Notes under the pieces: model-generated
The model's database searches: none
Seen by the model: only the letters and a program-made list of their open reading frames with translations
Told to the model about the DNA's origin: nothing
Program-made: the position numbers and the translations under genes
Shown: positions 51,337 to 61,724 of the stretch, piece after piece
Layout: each line of letters opens with the position of its first letter
How positions within the stretch are numbered: the first letter of the stretch is position 1
Source of the DNA: an uncultured Chloroflexia bacterium
GTDB lineage: Bacteria; Chloroflexota; Dehalococcoidia; GIF9; UBA5629
Direction of reading: 5' to 3'
DNA length: 64,000 nt
Assembly (NCBI GenBank): GCA_963754385.1
Contig: CAVWGE010000005.1
Span: forward strand, 207,565 to 271,564

Positions 51337-52938
51337 GCTTAAATGAATCATTGTTGGTCTGCCATGGGGGCAGGTGCGGGGTTGGTTGGTCTGTTCCAAT
51401 TGTTTTATCAGCTCTCTCATCTCCTCGGCGGTTAGCGACTGCCCGGCTTTGACGGCGCTGTGACAGGCTACGGATTGAGCTATGTTTTCCTCTCGCTTGG
51501 ATGGTTCTTCTTCGGCGACGAGAGAGTCCAAAAGTGTCCTCACCGCTTCAGCCAGGTTTCCTTCCTTCATGATAGCTGGCACGGCTCTTAGCAGGTAGCT
51601 CCTGGCTCCAAAGGGCTCGAGGTTGAAGCCGAACTCGCCGAGAAGCTCGCGCTTCATTTTCAAAACCTCTTCTTGCTTGGGGCTTAATTCTATGTTTACC
51701 GGCTCGAGCAGTCCCTGAATTTCTATCTTCTGCTGGGAGCGCTGGGATAAGATTTTTTCGAAGAGGACACGCTCGTGGGCGGCATGCTGGTCGATAAGGT
51801 AAAGCCCCTCAGGTCCCTCAGCCATGATGTAGTTGCTGGCTAACTGTCCCAACACCCTGAGTATAGGCAGGGAGGCCGTCTCAGCGCCTTTTACCGTCCA
51901 CAAGCTTGGCGGCGGGGTAAATGACGTTGTGTCAGTCTTGATTTTAGGTGGCGGTGCTTTAGCCAACACCTTCGCTACTGTCTTTTGTACTGCTGTATAG
52001 ACAATCTGGCTGTTGCGGAATTTCACCTCTGTCTTTGTGGGGTGGACATTGACATCAATCTCTTGCGATATCACTGAAACGTTTAAGATTACAATAGGGT
52101 GCTTGCCGGTCATAAGCAAGCCGTGATAGGCATCTTCGGCGGCTCGCGCCAGCAGGCTGCTGCGCACCCAGCGGCGGTTGACGAAAAAGCTGAGATAGCC
52201 GCGGCTGGAGCGGGCTAAAGAAGGTGGACTTACCAGGCCAGTAACGCTGAGAACCTGGTCTACTTCGCCAATCTCCAACATTTGTTTGGCTATTTCTAAT
52301 CCGTAGACCTCGGCGACAACATCTCTGAGGCTGCCGTTGCCCGGTGTCTTTAAGCTTAGGCGCCCGTCGAGGACAAGATTGAATTTTACTTCGGGAAAAG
52401 CCAGTGCATACTGGCTTAAGACATTGGCTATGTGTCCGTTTTCGGTAGTTGCCGACTTCAGGAATTTCAGCCGCACCGGGAAGTTGTGGAAAAGGTGATG
52501 CACGGTGACGGTGGTGCCTTGAGGCCGGCTGCGTTTCTCGTGCTTTATTACTGAGCCGTTCTTAAGGTAGAGGTAGGTGCCAGCGGTATCGATGTCGGCT
52601 TTGGTCAAAACTTCCACCTCAGCCGCAGCAGCTATGCTGGGCAGAGCTTCACCGCGGAAGCCGAGGGTAGATATCTGTTCTAGGTCGGTTAGTGCATCAA
52701 TCTTGCTGGTGGCGTAGCGATGGAAGGCGAGCTCCACGTCGTCTGCTGGTATGCCGCTGTCGTTGTCGGTGACCCTGATAAGGCTGATGCCACCACCCTG
52801 CGCCTCGACATTTATCTGTGTGGCGCCGGCATCCAGAGCGTTCTCCACCAGCTCCTTCACCACCGAAGCTGGCCTCTCCACCACCTCCCCAGCGGCAATC
52901 TTGGATATAACTTCCTGAGCTAGAATTTTGATGGGCAT
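51298..52938 (-). CDS. mutL: DNA mismatch repair endonuclease MutL
   Basis: IAAGEVVERPASVVKELVEN, GFRGEAL, DQHAAHER, CPHGRP. Confidence 0.97.
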   Translation of the reverse strand: MPIKILAQEVISKIAAGEVVERPASVVKELVENALDAGATQINVEAQGGGISLIRVTDNDSGIPADDVELAFHRYATSKIDALTDLEQISTLGFRGEALPSIAAAAEVEVLTKADIDTAGTYLYLKNGSVIKHEKRSRPQGTTVTVHHLFHNFPVRLKFLKSATTENGHIANVLSQYALAFPEVKFNLVLDGRLSLKTPGNGSLRDVVAEVYGLEIAKQMLEIGEVDQVLSVTGLVSPPSLARSSRGYLSFFVNRRWVRSSLLARAAEDAYHGLLMTGKHPIVILNVSVISQEIDVNVHPTKTEVKFRNSQIVYTAVQKTVAKVLAKAPPPKIKTDTTSFTPPPSLWTVKGAETASLPILRVLGQLASNYIMAEGPEGLYLIDQHAAHERVLFEKILSQRSQQKIEIQGLLEPVNIELSPKQEEVLKMKRELLGEFGFNLEPFGARSYLLRAVPAIMKEGNLAEAVRTLLDSLVAEEEPSKREENIAQSVACHSAVKAGQSLTAEEMRELIKQLEQTNQPRTCPHGRPTMIHLSSRQLDKEFGRTG

Positions 52939-53005
52939 GCTGGCTTATTTTACTCGCTTGGGGAGGGTGAGACAAAGGAAGTGATAATTAGGATTTCGGG
53001 AAACC

Positions 53006-53758
53006 TTATTTCTCTCTCTTTTTAGTGGTGGCCTTGTCATTTTTAGTGCCACTTACGAATTGCACAAGCTTCTCCCAATCTATATTGCCATTTGAAAAAC
53101 AGAAGTTTTCAACAAATTCGCGTGTGAATCTGTTTATAGCCGCGTCCCAAGCTGGGGCATACTTCCGTCTATGCTTGGCTGGTTCCTCTCTCATTAATCT
53201 TATTAACTTTAGGTAGAAATCCCCGTCACCGGTAATTTCAGTCCAGAAATCTTGTCCTGATCTACGTCTATAAACAGTATCTTTGGTGGGCTCTGACCTA
53301 GCTCGCCCATAACCGGCCGCTAACATGGGGTCAAATTGTTTGTGGAGTTTGTAAAGGCGACTTCGTAAAGCTAGGAATTCTTGAGTCTGTCGTTTCTTCT
53401 GACTAGCGTTATAGATATTGGGCCCCGATTTCATCGCAACAGCGATTTGTCTATCCTTGGTTTCGATTACAAAATCAACGCCTTCAGCATCCGACACTTT
53501 AGCACCTGCGGCAATCCTGGCGATCGGCTCAAAAAAAGCTTCACCGAATATCGTTTCGTCCGAAGAACCGATATAGGCGGTCAATATTTGTTCGACAATT
53601 TCAGAAGCCTTTTGCGTTCCTAGCGCCTTGAAAAGGTAAGGATTCTTTCTTCGTAGAATACCTTTCAGTCTGAGTTGTCCTAACTTACGTACGCGCCGCT
53701 CATAGAAGTCTTGGAGACATTTGCTTATCAGGCTCTGGAGTTCCTCTGCGTTTACCAT
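53006..53758 (-). CDS. Type II restriction endonuclease (PmeII/EcoO109I-like PD-(D/E)xK)
   Basis: KNPYLF, SSDETIFG, GVD...KSGPN..N, GQDFW; coupled to the MTase. Confidence 0.8.
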   Translation of the reverse strand: MVNAEELQSLISKCLQDFYERRVRKLGQLRLKGILRRKNPYLFKALGTQKASEIVEQILTAYIGSSDETIFGEAFFEPIARIAAGAKVSDAEGVDFVIETKDRQIAVAMKSGPNIYNASQKKRQTQEFLALRSRLYKLHKQFDPMLAAGYGRARSEPTKDTVYRRRSGQDFWTEITGDGDFYLKLIRLMREEPAKHRRKYAPAWDAAINRFTREFVENFCFSNGNIDWEKLVQFVSGTKNDKATTKKREK

Positions 53759-54644
53759 TGTTTCTCCTTACTGCTGCCACAAGGCGGTGATGACCAGCGA
53801 CGGCTTCGAGAGCCAGCTTATAGTATTCTTCCATTAATTCGATGCCTATATAATGTCGGTCGAGTTCAATACAAGCGAGTGCTGTTGTACCGGACCCAAT
53901 GAAGGGATCCAATACTATATCTCCAGGCTGAGTGAACAATTTTATAAACCAAGAAGGTAATGATATGGGGAAAGCCGCGCTATGATTGCGGTTGGAGCAC
54001 TCTGTAGCGAGATGTAAAACATTTGTGGGATAAACATATTTCTTACCAAGCCAGTTAGAAACATTCTTGCCAAAGCCACTTAGAGAACGAGATTCATCAC
54101 GAATGCGGTCGGCATCACTTAGTTTTGCTAGCCGCTTTTCTGCCCAACTACCCATAGGCACCATGACCTCTTGTTGGAACATTTTAAACTTCTTTTGTTT
54201 GGTAAAGTGTAAACATCGCTCCCAGGCGTCTCTGAATCGATTAGGCCATTTCCCCGGATAGCAGTTCTTTTTATGCCATATATATTCTTCTGTCCAAAGC
54301 CAGCCCTGCTTTCTCATCTCGAGGATTAGTTCTAATACGTAAGTTTGCCGTTCACCGTCGGCGGTTCGCTCTTTGATATTTAGTACAAAAGAGCCTTCAG
54401 GTTTAAGGACGCGTTTCAATTCATAAGATATGGGTAAGAACCATTGCACATATTGATTGGTGGGGATACCTTTGTAGCTTTTTTTTCGGTTATCTGCGTA
54501 GGGTGGGGAAGTGATGATTAAGTCGATACTATCTGGAGGTAAGGTTTTTATAATATCTAAGCAATCTCCATGGATAATCTCATCCCAATGCAAAGCGAAA
54601 CCTTGGAGTTTATGCTTATTATTTGTCTCTATTATTTGAGCCAT
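53700..54644 (-). CDS. Beta-class amino DNA methyltransferase (SPPY; likely N4-cytosine)
   Basis: TSPPY precedes VLDPFIGSGTT; HSAAFP. Confidence 0.92.
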   Translation of the reverse strand: MAQIIETNNKHKLQGFALHWDEIIHGDCLDIIKTLPPDSIDLIITSPPYADNRKKSYKGIPTNQYVQWFLPISYELKRVLKPEGSFVLNIKERTADGERQTYVLELILEMRKQGWLWTEEYIWHKKNCYPGKWPNRFRDAWERCLHFTKQKKFKMFQQEVMVPMGSWAEKRLAKLSDADRIRDESRSLSGFGKNVSNWLGKKYVYPTNVLHLATECSNRNHSAAFPISLPSWFIKLFTQPGDIVLDPFIGSGTTALACIELDRHYIGIELMEEYYKLALEAVAGHHRLVAAVRRNNGKRRGTPEPDKQMSPRLL

Positions 54645-54659
54645 ACTATGCTCACTATT

Positions 54660-54688
54660 ATTTTACACGGTTTCGTGTATATTGTCAA
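54660..54688 (-). promoter_or_regulatory. sigma70 promoter of the R-M operon
   Basis: Minus strand TTGACA-17 nt-TAAAAT just upstream of the MTase ATG. Confidence 0.6.
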
Positions 54689-54709
54689 TTAGTTTTAAGA
54701 CATAAAATC

Positions 54710-56881
54710 TCAATTTTTCTCAACTTTTTCCAGAGGTGCCAGGCTGAGCAGCAGCCTTTTGACGCCGGCTCCTTCGAAGGCGACGGTTATCTCCTGGTCG
54801 TCTTTGTTTGGTGAGCAGTTTATGACCACTCCGTCACCAAATATCTTGTGGTGAACACGGTCGCCAATCTCTAAAATCAGGTTGCTGACTGGTCTCGATG
54901 TTGCCTTGGGAAAAAGAGCGGTTACCGGGGTGAACTCCTCTTCCTTTTCCTGCCAAAAACCTTTGCCGGCTATAAGGTGTGGCGGGATGTCTTCGAGGAA
55001 ACGGGATGGAATGGTCGCTGCGCTGTTGCCGAACAGGTTGCGGTGATAGGTATGAAGCAGATAGACTCGCTGCCGCGCTCGGGTTACACCTACGTAGCAC
55101 AGGCGGCGCTCTTCCTCTAACTCATCAGGGTCTTCCATCGACCTTCGATGTGGCAGCAGACCTTCTTCCATGCCGATGATGAAAACAACTGGGAATTCCA
55201 AGCCTTTGGCTTGATGTAGGGTGATTAAGGTGGTGGCCTCAACCTTTTCATTAAGTTCGTCTGTATCTGAGTATAGGCTTGCCTTTTCCAAAAAAGCAGC
55301 TAACGCCTCTGCCGGGCTCAGCTCATTGTAGTCTCTGGCTACGGTGTACAGCTCCTGTATGTTCTCCCAGCGCTCCTCGCCGTCTTCTTCGTTGAGGATA
55401 TACGCTTTGTAGCCTGTCTGCTCCAGTATTGCGTCCATTAAACCTGTAAGGCTTAGCTCCTGGCTTCTGGTGATGAGCTCGGCAATCAAGTCGAAGAAGC
55501 TTTTTAAGGCGTAGTTGGCTCGGGGTGTTAAAGATGGACCTTTTTTATCTGCTACCAGCTTCAATGCTTCATATAGAGGCATGTCCTGATTTTTTGCCCA
55601 GCCTGATAGCTCAGCTAAGGTGCGCTGACCGATGCCCCTGCCGGGGACATTTATTATGCGGGCCAGGCTGATGCTGTCGGAAGGGTTTTGAATCAGCCTC
55701 AGGTAGGCGATTATATCTTTAATCTCTCGCCTCTGGTAGAAGCGGGTGCCGCCGACAAGCTTGTAGGGCACACCGTAGCGCATGAAAGCTTCTTCTAAAG
55801 CTCGTGACTGGGCATTGACCCGGTACATCACGGCACAGCCGCCGGGTGAGACCAGGTCTTGTTCCGCCAGTCTGGCTATTTCGCTGATGACAAACTGGGC
55901 CTCTTCATCTTCGTTGTAAGTTTCGATTAAGGAAATTGGAACGCCGGCCTCGTTCTCTGTCCACAGGCGTTTTGGTTTACGCCGTGAGTTCATCGAGATG
56001 ATGCTGGAAGCCACATCCAGTATGGTCTTTGTGGAGCGATAGTTCTGCTCTAGATAGGCTACTTTGGCATCCGGGTAGTCCTTCTCGAAGCTGAGTATGT
56101 TGCGCAGGTCGGCGAATCTCCAGGAATAGATGGACTGGTCGGGGTCACCGACAACGCAGACATTGCGGTGTTTTCCGGCTAGCTGTTTTACCAGCATGTA
56201 CTGGGTGATATTAGTATCCTGGAACTCGTCAACAAGTATATGCAGATAGCGAGACTGATATTTGGACAGAACCTTGGGGTGGTCATCGAAGAGTTGTACT
56301 GTTCTCATCAGTAGGTCATCGAAGTCAACCCCATGGCTCCGAATTAGGGACTGCTGGTAGCGCTCGTAGACGCGCTGGACTACACCTTCGAAATAATTGC
56401 TGGTCTGTTGGGCGTAATCTGAAGGGGTCAGCAGCCGACTTTTGGCGTATTTGATGGCTGATTGAATAGCTTTGGGTGTGTATTGCTTGGGGTCGAGGTC
56501 GAGCTCCTGCAGGCTCTGCTTTATCAGGCTTAGCTGGTCTTCCTCATCATAAATAACGAATCTGGAGTCGAGCCCGATGGCTTTACCTTCCTGGCGCAGG
56601 ATACGGGCGCAAATGGCGTGGAAGGTGCCCAGAGTTAAGTCACCTGCTGTCTGCCCCAGCAGCTTCTCCAGCCTTTCCGCCATCTCCCGGGCAGCCTTGT
56701 TGGTGAAGGTGACCGCCATGATGCGGTGAGGATTTATTCCGCAGACCTTTATCAGGTAAGCGACGCGGTGGGTGATGACCCTGGTCTTGCCGCTGCCGGG
56801 GCCGGCTACAATAAGCAACGGCCCGTCAATGGTTTCTACGGCTTCTCTCTGGGCCGGATTCAGTTTAGCTAGGACGTCCAT
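54710..56881 (-). CDS. pcrA: UvrD/PcrA superfamily I helicase
   Basis: AGPGSGKT, VDEFQDTN, GDPDQSIY, QNYRS, H.AKGLEF, EERRLCYV; C-terminal Tudor-like domain. Confidence 0.95.
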   Translation of the reverse strand: MDVLAKLNPAQREAVETIDGPLLIVAGPGSGKTRVITHRVAYLIKVCGINPHRIMAVTFTNKAAREMAERLEKLLGQTAGDLTLGTFHAICARILRQEGKAIGLDSRFVIYDEEDQLSLIKQSLQELDLDPKQYTPKAIQSAIKYAKSRLLTPSDYAQQTSNYFEGVVQRVYERYQQSLIRSHGVDFDDLLMRTVQLFDDHPKVLSKYQSRYLHILVDEFQDTNITQYMLVKQLAGKHRNVCVVGDPDQSIYSWRFADLRNILSFEKDYPDAKVAYLEQNYRSTKTILDVASSIISMNSRRKPKRLWTENEAGVPISLIETYNEDEEAQFVISEIARLAEQDLVSPGGCAVMYRVNAQSRALEEAFMRYGVPYKLVGGTRFYQRREIKDIIAYLRLIQNPSDSISLARIINVPGRGIGQRTLAELSGWAKNQDMPLYEALKLVADKKGPSLTPRANYALKSFFDLIAELITRSQELSLTGLMDAILEQTGYKAYILNEEDGEERWENIQELYTVARDYNELSPAEALAAFLEKASLYSDTDELNEKVEATTLITLHQAKGLEFPVVFIIGMEEGLLPHRRSMEDPDELEEERRLCYVGVTRARQRVYLLHTYHRNLFGNSAATIPSRFLEDIPPHLIAGKGFWQEKEEEFTPVTALFPKATSRPVSNLILEIGDRVHHKIFGDGVVINCSPNKDDQEITVAFEGAGVKRLLLSLAPLEKVEKN

Positions 56882-56893
56882 AAATTTTTATGA

Positions 56894-57235
56894 TTACTCT
56901 GTGCTCTGCCACTTTATTTCTACCTGCTCCGGCTTGACGCCGCTAAAGTTTATGCCATTTGGGCCGCTTACTATGGTGGCACCCGAAGGGCTCAGTTTAA
57001 TGGTGGTCTCCTCGCCAGTGGTGCTTATAGTTATTTTGTTGGCATTAACATTAAGAAGAAGGTTTACCTTCTGTGAGGGCAGCCCGCTAACCGGTTTTCC
57101 CTCGACTGATACTGAGCCGATGGTTACGCCTTCCAGATATACATCGGCACCGGTGGCACCGCAGCTCAGACTGGCAATTAATCCCAGTGTCAAAAGCGCT
57201 GCAAGAGCAAGCATGGTTACCAGGTTTGTTTTCAT
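56894..57235 (-). CDS. Hypothetical lipoprotein
   Basis: MKT + hydrophobic stretch + SLSC lipobox; SD AGAGGAGG upstream. Confidence 0.65.
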   Translation of the reverse strand: MKTNLVTMLALAALLTLGLIASLSCGATGADVYLEGVTIGSVSVEGKPVSGLPSQKVNLLLNVNANKITISTTGEETTIKLSPSGATIVSGPNGINFSGVKPEQVEIKWQSTE

Positions 57236-57445
57236 ATTGTATCCTCCTCTATCAGTGGTGAGTCTTCGGCAGAAGTTGGCTCGATTGTGGATGTTCATGA
57301 GGCTTTAGAGCAATTATAACATTGGGGGGAGCAGGGCTTCAAAGATTTGAAGCTTTGCTAGACGGGAGGTTTTTCCATATAATGTGGGGGCAAATTTGTC
57401 TGCTAAGATGGCGGCTGTTGTCAAAATTCCTATTGTAAGCAGTGA

Positions 57446-57991
57446 ATGATGAAGGTGATATCGATTGTGGGCATGGCTGGTTCGGGCAAGTCCGAGGTGG
57501 CTAGGGTGTTTGAGAGGAATGGCTTTAAGAAGATAAGATTTGGTGATATTACCGACGAGGAAATTAGGAAAAGGGAGCTTGAGCTGAACGAAGAGAACGA
57601 ACGAAATGTCAGGCAGCAATTGAGAAAAGAGCATGGTATGGCAGCCTACGCCAAACTGAACCTGCCGAAGATTGACGTCCTGCTCAAGTCTTCAGATGTT
57701 GTCGTGGATGGCCTCTATTCTTGGGAAGAGTACACATTGCTCAAAAGTCGTTATGGCGATGATTTTCGTGTGGTCGCTGTTTGGGCATCGCCTAAGATGC
57801 GGTATGGGAGGCTGTCGAAGAGAAAGGTTCGACCTCTAACGGTGGAGGAAGCTGCGGGCCGTGATATCGCTGAGCTGGAGAGCACCAATAAAGGCGGACC
57901 TATCGCCATGGCGGACTTCACCATCATAAACGAATCATCCTTGGAAGACTTAGAAAGGGAAACGAGAAAGGTTATCTCAGCGTTGAGATGA
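57446..57991 (+). CDS. P-loop nucleotide kinase (UPF0200/dephospho-CoA kinase-like)
   Basis: GMAGSGKS, VVDG, RD..E, IAMADF.I.N. Confidence 0.8.
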   Translation: MMKVISIVGMAGSGKSEVARVFERNGFKKIRFGDITDEEIRKRELELNEENERNVRQQLRKEHGMAAYAKLNLPKIDVLLKSSDVVVDGLYSWEEYTLLKSRYGDDFRVVAVWASPKMRYGRLSKRKVRPLTVEEAAGRDIAELESTNKGGPIAMADFTIINESSLEDLERETRKVISALR

Positions 57992-58470
57992 AAAAAGTAA
58001 CCAGGCCTGATATTGATGAATATTTTCTCAAGATAGCTTCTGTGGTGGCGGAGCGCTCGACCTGCCGCCGGCACCATGTTGGAGCTGTGGCGGTGAGGGA
58101 CAAGCATATATTAGCCACGGGCTACAATGGTGCTGCCGCCGGGCTTAAGGACTGCCTTGAGCTTGGCTGCCTTCGAGACGAGAGGAACATACCCTCTGGA
58201 ACGAGGCACGAAATATGTCGCGGCATTCATGCCGAGCAGAATGCAATCATACAGGCATCGCTTCACGGTGTTAGCCTCGAGGGTGCTACGGTCTATGTCA
58301 CCCATACGCCGTGTATACTCTGTGCCAAGATGCTGGTCAATGCTAGGATAAAGCGGTTTGTCACCTTCGGCAAATATGCTGATAATTCCTTCATGGAGCT
58401 GTTCAGCGAGGCAGGGATAGAGTTCGAAGTCCGGGAGCGGCCGTCTTCACAGATAACCCATCTGGCCTAG
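57988..58470 (+). CDS. dCMP deaminase (ComEB family)
   Basis: RSTC.RH.VGAV, TGYNG, HAEQNA, PCILC. Confidence 0.93.
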   Translation: MKKVTRPDIDEYFLKIASVVAERSTCRRHHVGAVAVRDKHILATGYNGAAAGLKDCLELGCLRDERNIPSGTRHEICRGIHAEQNAIIQASLHGVSLEGATVYVTHTPCILCAKMLVNARIKRFVTFGKYADNSFMELFSEAGIEFEVRERPSSQITHLA

Positions 58471-58561
58471 AACTGCTTATACTCGAACTCGCCTGAAAAG
58501 GTCTTAGGCTCTCTGACAAACTGTATTGAAATTGAAAATTCGTCATTTCATATGACAGACT

Positions 58562-59944
58562 TCATAACCAGGGAGGCTCTTTGACGTTGTTGTTTTCAAA
58601 ATAGTCATCGTCTAAAGGTCGCTGGGCAACACCTGACTCTATAGCGGCCTTCGCTACTTCATGAGTCACAGCCAGATGTACATTAGAGTCAAGGGCATTG
58701 GGGAGAAGTTCTCCTTCACTGGCAGCACCGGCAATGGATGTGGCAGCCGCTGTGTACATCTCATGGGTGAGCCTGCTGGCCAATGCATCTAATGTACCAC
58801 GCCAGATTCCGGGATAGGCGAGCAAGTTGTTGACTGTCCTACCATCAGCAGCCAGAGCGGCACCAGATGTTCTGGCAAGCTCTGGGTTAATTTCTGGATA
58901 TGGATTCGATAGAGCAAAGATAATCTGACCTCGTCTTACCATTCTCGGTTGTATGAGCTCTTTCACCCCGCTTGTCGCAATGACAATATCAGCCGTTTTC
59001 ATAATCTCATCAAAGTTGGATGGAATGCCTCCTTGCTCGGCGTGTCGTCTAAGGCTGGCCTCGGTCTTTGCTACTCCTAACGCAGGATTACCTGTGTACC
59101 GTAGCAAGAATTTTCCTATAGAAAGGCCAGCAGCGCCGAGACCAATAAGCCCGATTTTTGCATCTTCCAGTGTGCGTCCGGTAAGCTTACAGGCATTGAT
59201 TAAAGCCGCCAATGTTACTACAGCAGTGGCTTGCTGGTCGTCATGCATGACAGGCATATCAAGCTCGTTCTCTAGCCTGCCATGAATCAGGAAACATCTT
59301 GGCGATGCTATATCTTCCAGATGGATGCCACTAAATGTCGGCGCAATGTGTTTCACCGTTTCCACAATTTCATCAGGGTCTGTAGTGTCTAGTAAAACAG
59401 GTATACCACTGATTCCGACCATTTGCTGGAGTAGGGCGGCTTTCCCTTCCATAACCGGCATTCCCGCAATCGGGCCAATGTTTCCCAATCCAAGAATAGC
59501 TGTCCCATCAGTAACGATAGCTACAGAAGAGGCGATGCTAGTGTAAGTATATTTATCACTTGGTTGGGCGAAGATTAAATTACATACTTCAGCCACTCCC
59601 GGGGTGTATACCTTCTGGAGAATGTCTACTGAGGTTATAGGAACAGTACTGACCATTTTAATCTTGCCGTTCTTGTGAAAGTTGAGCACCTCGTCCCTAA
59701 CCTCAAGGACGACGACTTCTTTAAGTTTCGACACTTCGTCTATTAACTGTTTGAGATGGCTTTCACTATCGGAAAGCACCTCAATATCTCTGACCGTGTA
59801 ATGGTGCCCCAAATGTAATGTTGTTATATTCCCGATATCTACTCCAACTTTGCCGATGGTTGTAGCCAATTTACCTAGGGTACCAGGGATATTAGCGTTT
59901 TTGCAGCGCAGAGTTCTCGCAATTTTATAATTGACATTTTCCAT
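58562..59944 (-). CDS. NAD(P)-dependent malic enzyme with N-terminal ACT domain
   Basis: YTPGVA, TDGTAILGLGNIG, MPVMEGK, LEDI..P.CF, HDDQQ, ALSNP. Confidence 0.9.
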   Translation of the reverse strand: MENVNYKIARTLRCKNANIPGTLGKLATTIGKVGVDIGNITTLHLGHHYTVRDIEVLSDSESHLKQLIDEVSKLKEVVVLEVRDEVLNFHKNGKIKMVSTVPITSVDILQKVYTPGVAEVCNLIFAQPSDKYTYTSIASSVAIVTDGTAILGLGNIGPIAGMPVMEGKAALLQQMVGISGIPVLLDTTDPDEIVETVKHIAPTFSGIHLEDIASPRCFLIHGRLENELDMPVMHDDQQATAVVTLAALINACKLTGRTLEDAKIGLIGLGAAGLSIGKFLLRYTGNPALGVAKTEASLRRHAEQGGIPSNFDEIMKTADIVIATSGVKELIQPRMVRRGQIIFALSNPYPEINPELARTSGAALAADGRTVNNLLAYPGIWRGTLDALASRLTHEMYTAAATSIAGAASEGELLPNALDSNVHLAVTHEVAKAAIESGVAQRPLDDDYFENNNVKEPPWL

Positions 59945-60027
59945 TATCTCACCTCTTAACTCTCGAATTATTCCGATTTGAACACCAATTGATTATATCA
60001 AAACTAAATACCAGTCTAACTGTTTTG

Positions 60028-60810
60028 TCACTCCTGGGCAACCACGAAGTTTCTTAGTGTATCTATGTTTTGTATCTTGATTTCAACTACATCGCCCGGA
60101 TTCATCGGGCCGATGCCTGACGGGGTGCCTGTGGCGATGACATCACCCGGCAGCAGCGTCATTACACTAGAAATGAAGCTGATCAGTTTGGATATCCCGA
60201 AAATGAGGTCGCTGGTGGAAGCGGATTGTCGGAGTTCATCGTTGAGGTAGGTTTCGACTTTTAGATTGTCTGGATTGGCTTCTGTTTCTATCCAAGGGCC
60301 TATCGGGGCGAAGGTATCGTAGCCTTTAGCTCTGCTCCATTGGCCGTCTGCAGCCTGGGCATGTCGGTCGGAGACATCATTGAAACAGGTGTAACCGAGT
60401 ACGTATTCCTTTGCCGCCTTTTCTGGAATATCCTTTGCCTTCTTGCCGATAACCACGCCCAGCTCGCCTTCGTAGTCAATGCGTTTCCAGTCTCGGGGCA
60501 AGATTATTTTATCGTCGGGGCCAATGACTGCGGTGGATGGCTTGAGGAAGATGAGCGGCACGGGGGGCATAGGCAGTTTAAGTTCCTCGACATGGCTGCG
60601 GTAGTTAAGCCCCAGGCAAACTATTTTGGAAGGGAGACAGGGGGCGAGCAGCCTGACCTTATCCAATTTGTAATTGCTTCCGTCAAGTATGGAGGGGCTA
60701 CTGAGATGTTGAAAGTGGGCGTAGGGGCTGCCGCGGAGTCCGCTTATGGTATTTTGGGCTAGCAGGCCATATTTGGCTCTACCCTGGGCAACAAAGCGGA
60801 CGATTCGCAC
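60028..60810 (-). CDS. Fumarylacetoacetate hydrolase family protein
   Basis: GLNY..H, FLKP, DYEGEL, NDVS, KGYDTF.PIGP, TGTP. Confidence 0.93.
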   Translation of the reverse strand: MRIVRFVAQGRAKYGLLAQNTISGLRGSPYAHFQHLSSPSILDGSNYKLDKVRLLAPCLPSKIVCLGLNYRSHVEELKLPMPPVPLIFLKPSTAVIGPDDKIILPRDWKRIDYEGELGVVIGKKAKDIPEKAAKEYVLGYTCFNDVSDRHAQAADGQWSRAKGYDTFAPIGPWIETEANPDNLKVETYLNDELRQSASTSDLIFGISKLISFISSVMTLLPGDVIATGTPSGIGPMNPGDVVEIKIQNIDTLRNFVVAQE

Positions 60811-60831
60811 ATCTGACCCCTTATCCTGGTG

Positions 60832-61698
60832 TTACAACTTGGCGGCATCGAGAATTGCCGGCACCTTGGATTCCAGACCGATAGCCATTATATGGGTGCC
60901 CTGGCATATGCCCTTCATCTCATTTATCAGGCGGGCGGCTATCTCTATACCTTTCTGTAATTTGTTCTCGGCCTTATCCATCTCTTCAATAAGCTTATCT
61001 GGGACATATATGCCGGCGACGTTCTTATTCATAAATTTGGCCATAGCTGCTGACCTGAGCACTACTATGCCGACTAAAACCGGCACGCCGAATTTTTTAG
61101 CTTCTTTCATAAAGGCTTCGAATGTTTCGGGCTCGTAGATAGCCTGGGTCTGGAAGAACTGGGCACCGGCCTTTACCTTTCTCTCCATCTTGATAAGCTG
61201 TGGTTCGATGGGGTCAGCGCCGGGAGTCACGCAGGCGCCGAGGAAGAACTTTGGTGTGCCTTTCAGCTCTTTGCCAGCTAAATCCTTGCCCTGCTCCAGT
61301 TGCCGGGCAGCATACAGTAAGGAAACGGAATCGAGGTCGAAGACGGGTTTGGCGTCAGGATGGTCTCCTAAGGTGACATAGTCTCCGGTAAGACAGAGAA
61401 CATTTTCAACACCCATAACGTAAGCGCTAAGCAAGTCCGACTGGAGCGCTATGCGGTTGCGGTCGCGGCATGTCATCTGGAACACCGGCTCAATGCCCTT
61501 CTGCTTGAGCAAATAGCAGGCGGCCAGGGAACCCAACCTCATAACAGCGCTTTGCTGGTCGGTGCAATTAACCGCATCTACTCTGCTTTTAAGTAACTCG
61601 GCATTCTCATTGAACTCGTGTATATCCACGCCTTTAGCCGGGCCGATTTCAGCGGTGACTACAAACTTGCCATTCTGAAGTTTTTCACGCAGACTCAT
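60832..61698 (-). CDS. metF: Methylenetetrahydrofolate reductase MetF
   Basis: TCRDRNRIALQSDL, LTGD, AGAQFFQTQ. Confidence 0.93.
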   Translation of the reverse strand: MSLREKLQNGKFVVTAEIGPAKGVDIHEFNENAELLKSRVDAVNCTDQQSAVMRLGSLAACYLLKQKGIEPVFQMTCRDRNRIALQSDLLSAYVMGVENVLCLTGDYVTLGDHPDAKPVFDLDSVSLLYAARQLEQGKDLAGKELKGTPKFFLGACVTPGADPIEPQLIKMERKVKAGAQFFQTQAIYEPETFEAFMKEAKKFGVPVLVGIVVLRSAAMAKFMNKNVAGIYVPDKLIEEMDKAENKLQKGIEIAARLINEMKGICQGTHIMAIGLESKVPAILDAAKL

Positions 61699-61724
61699 AG
61701 TATGGTTACCTCCTTCAAGGGTAG

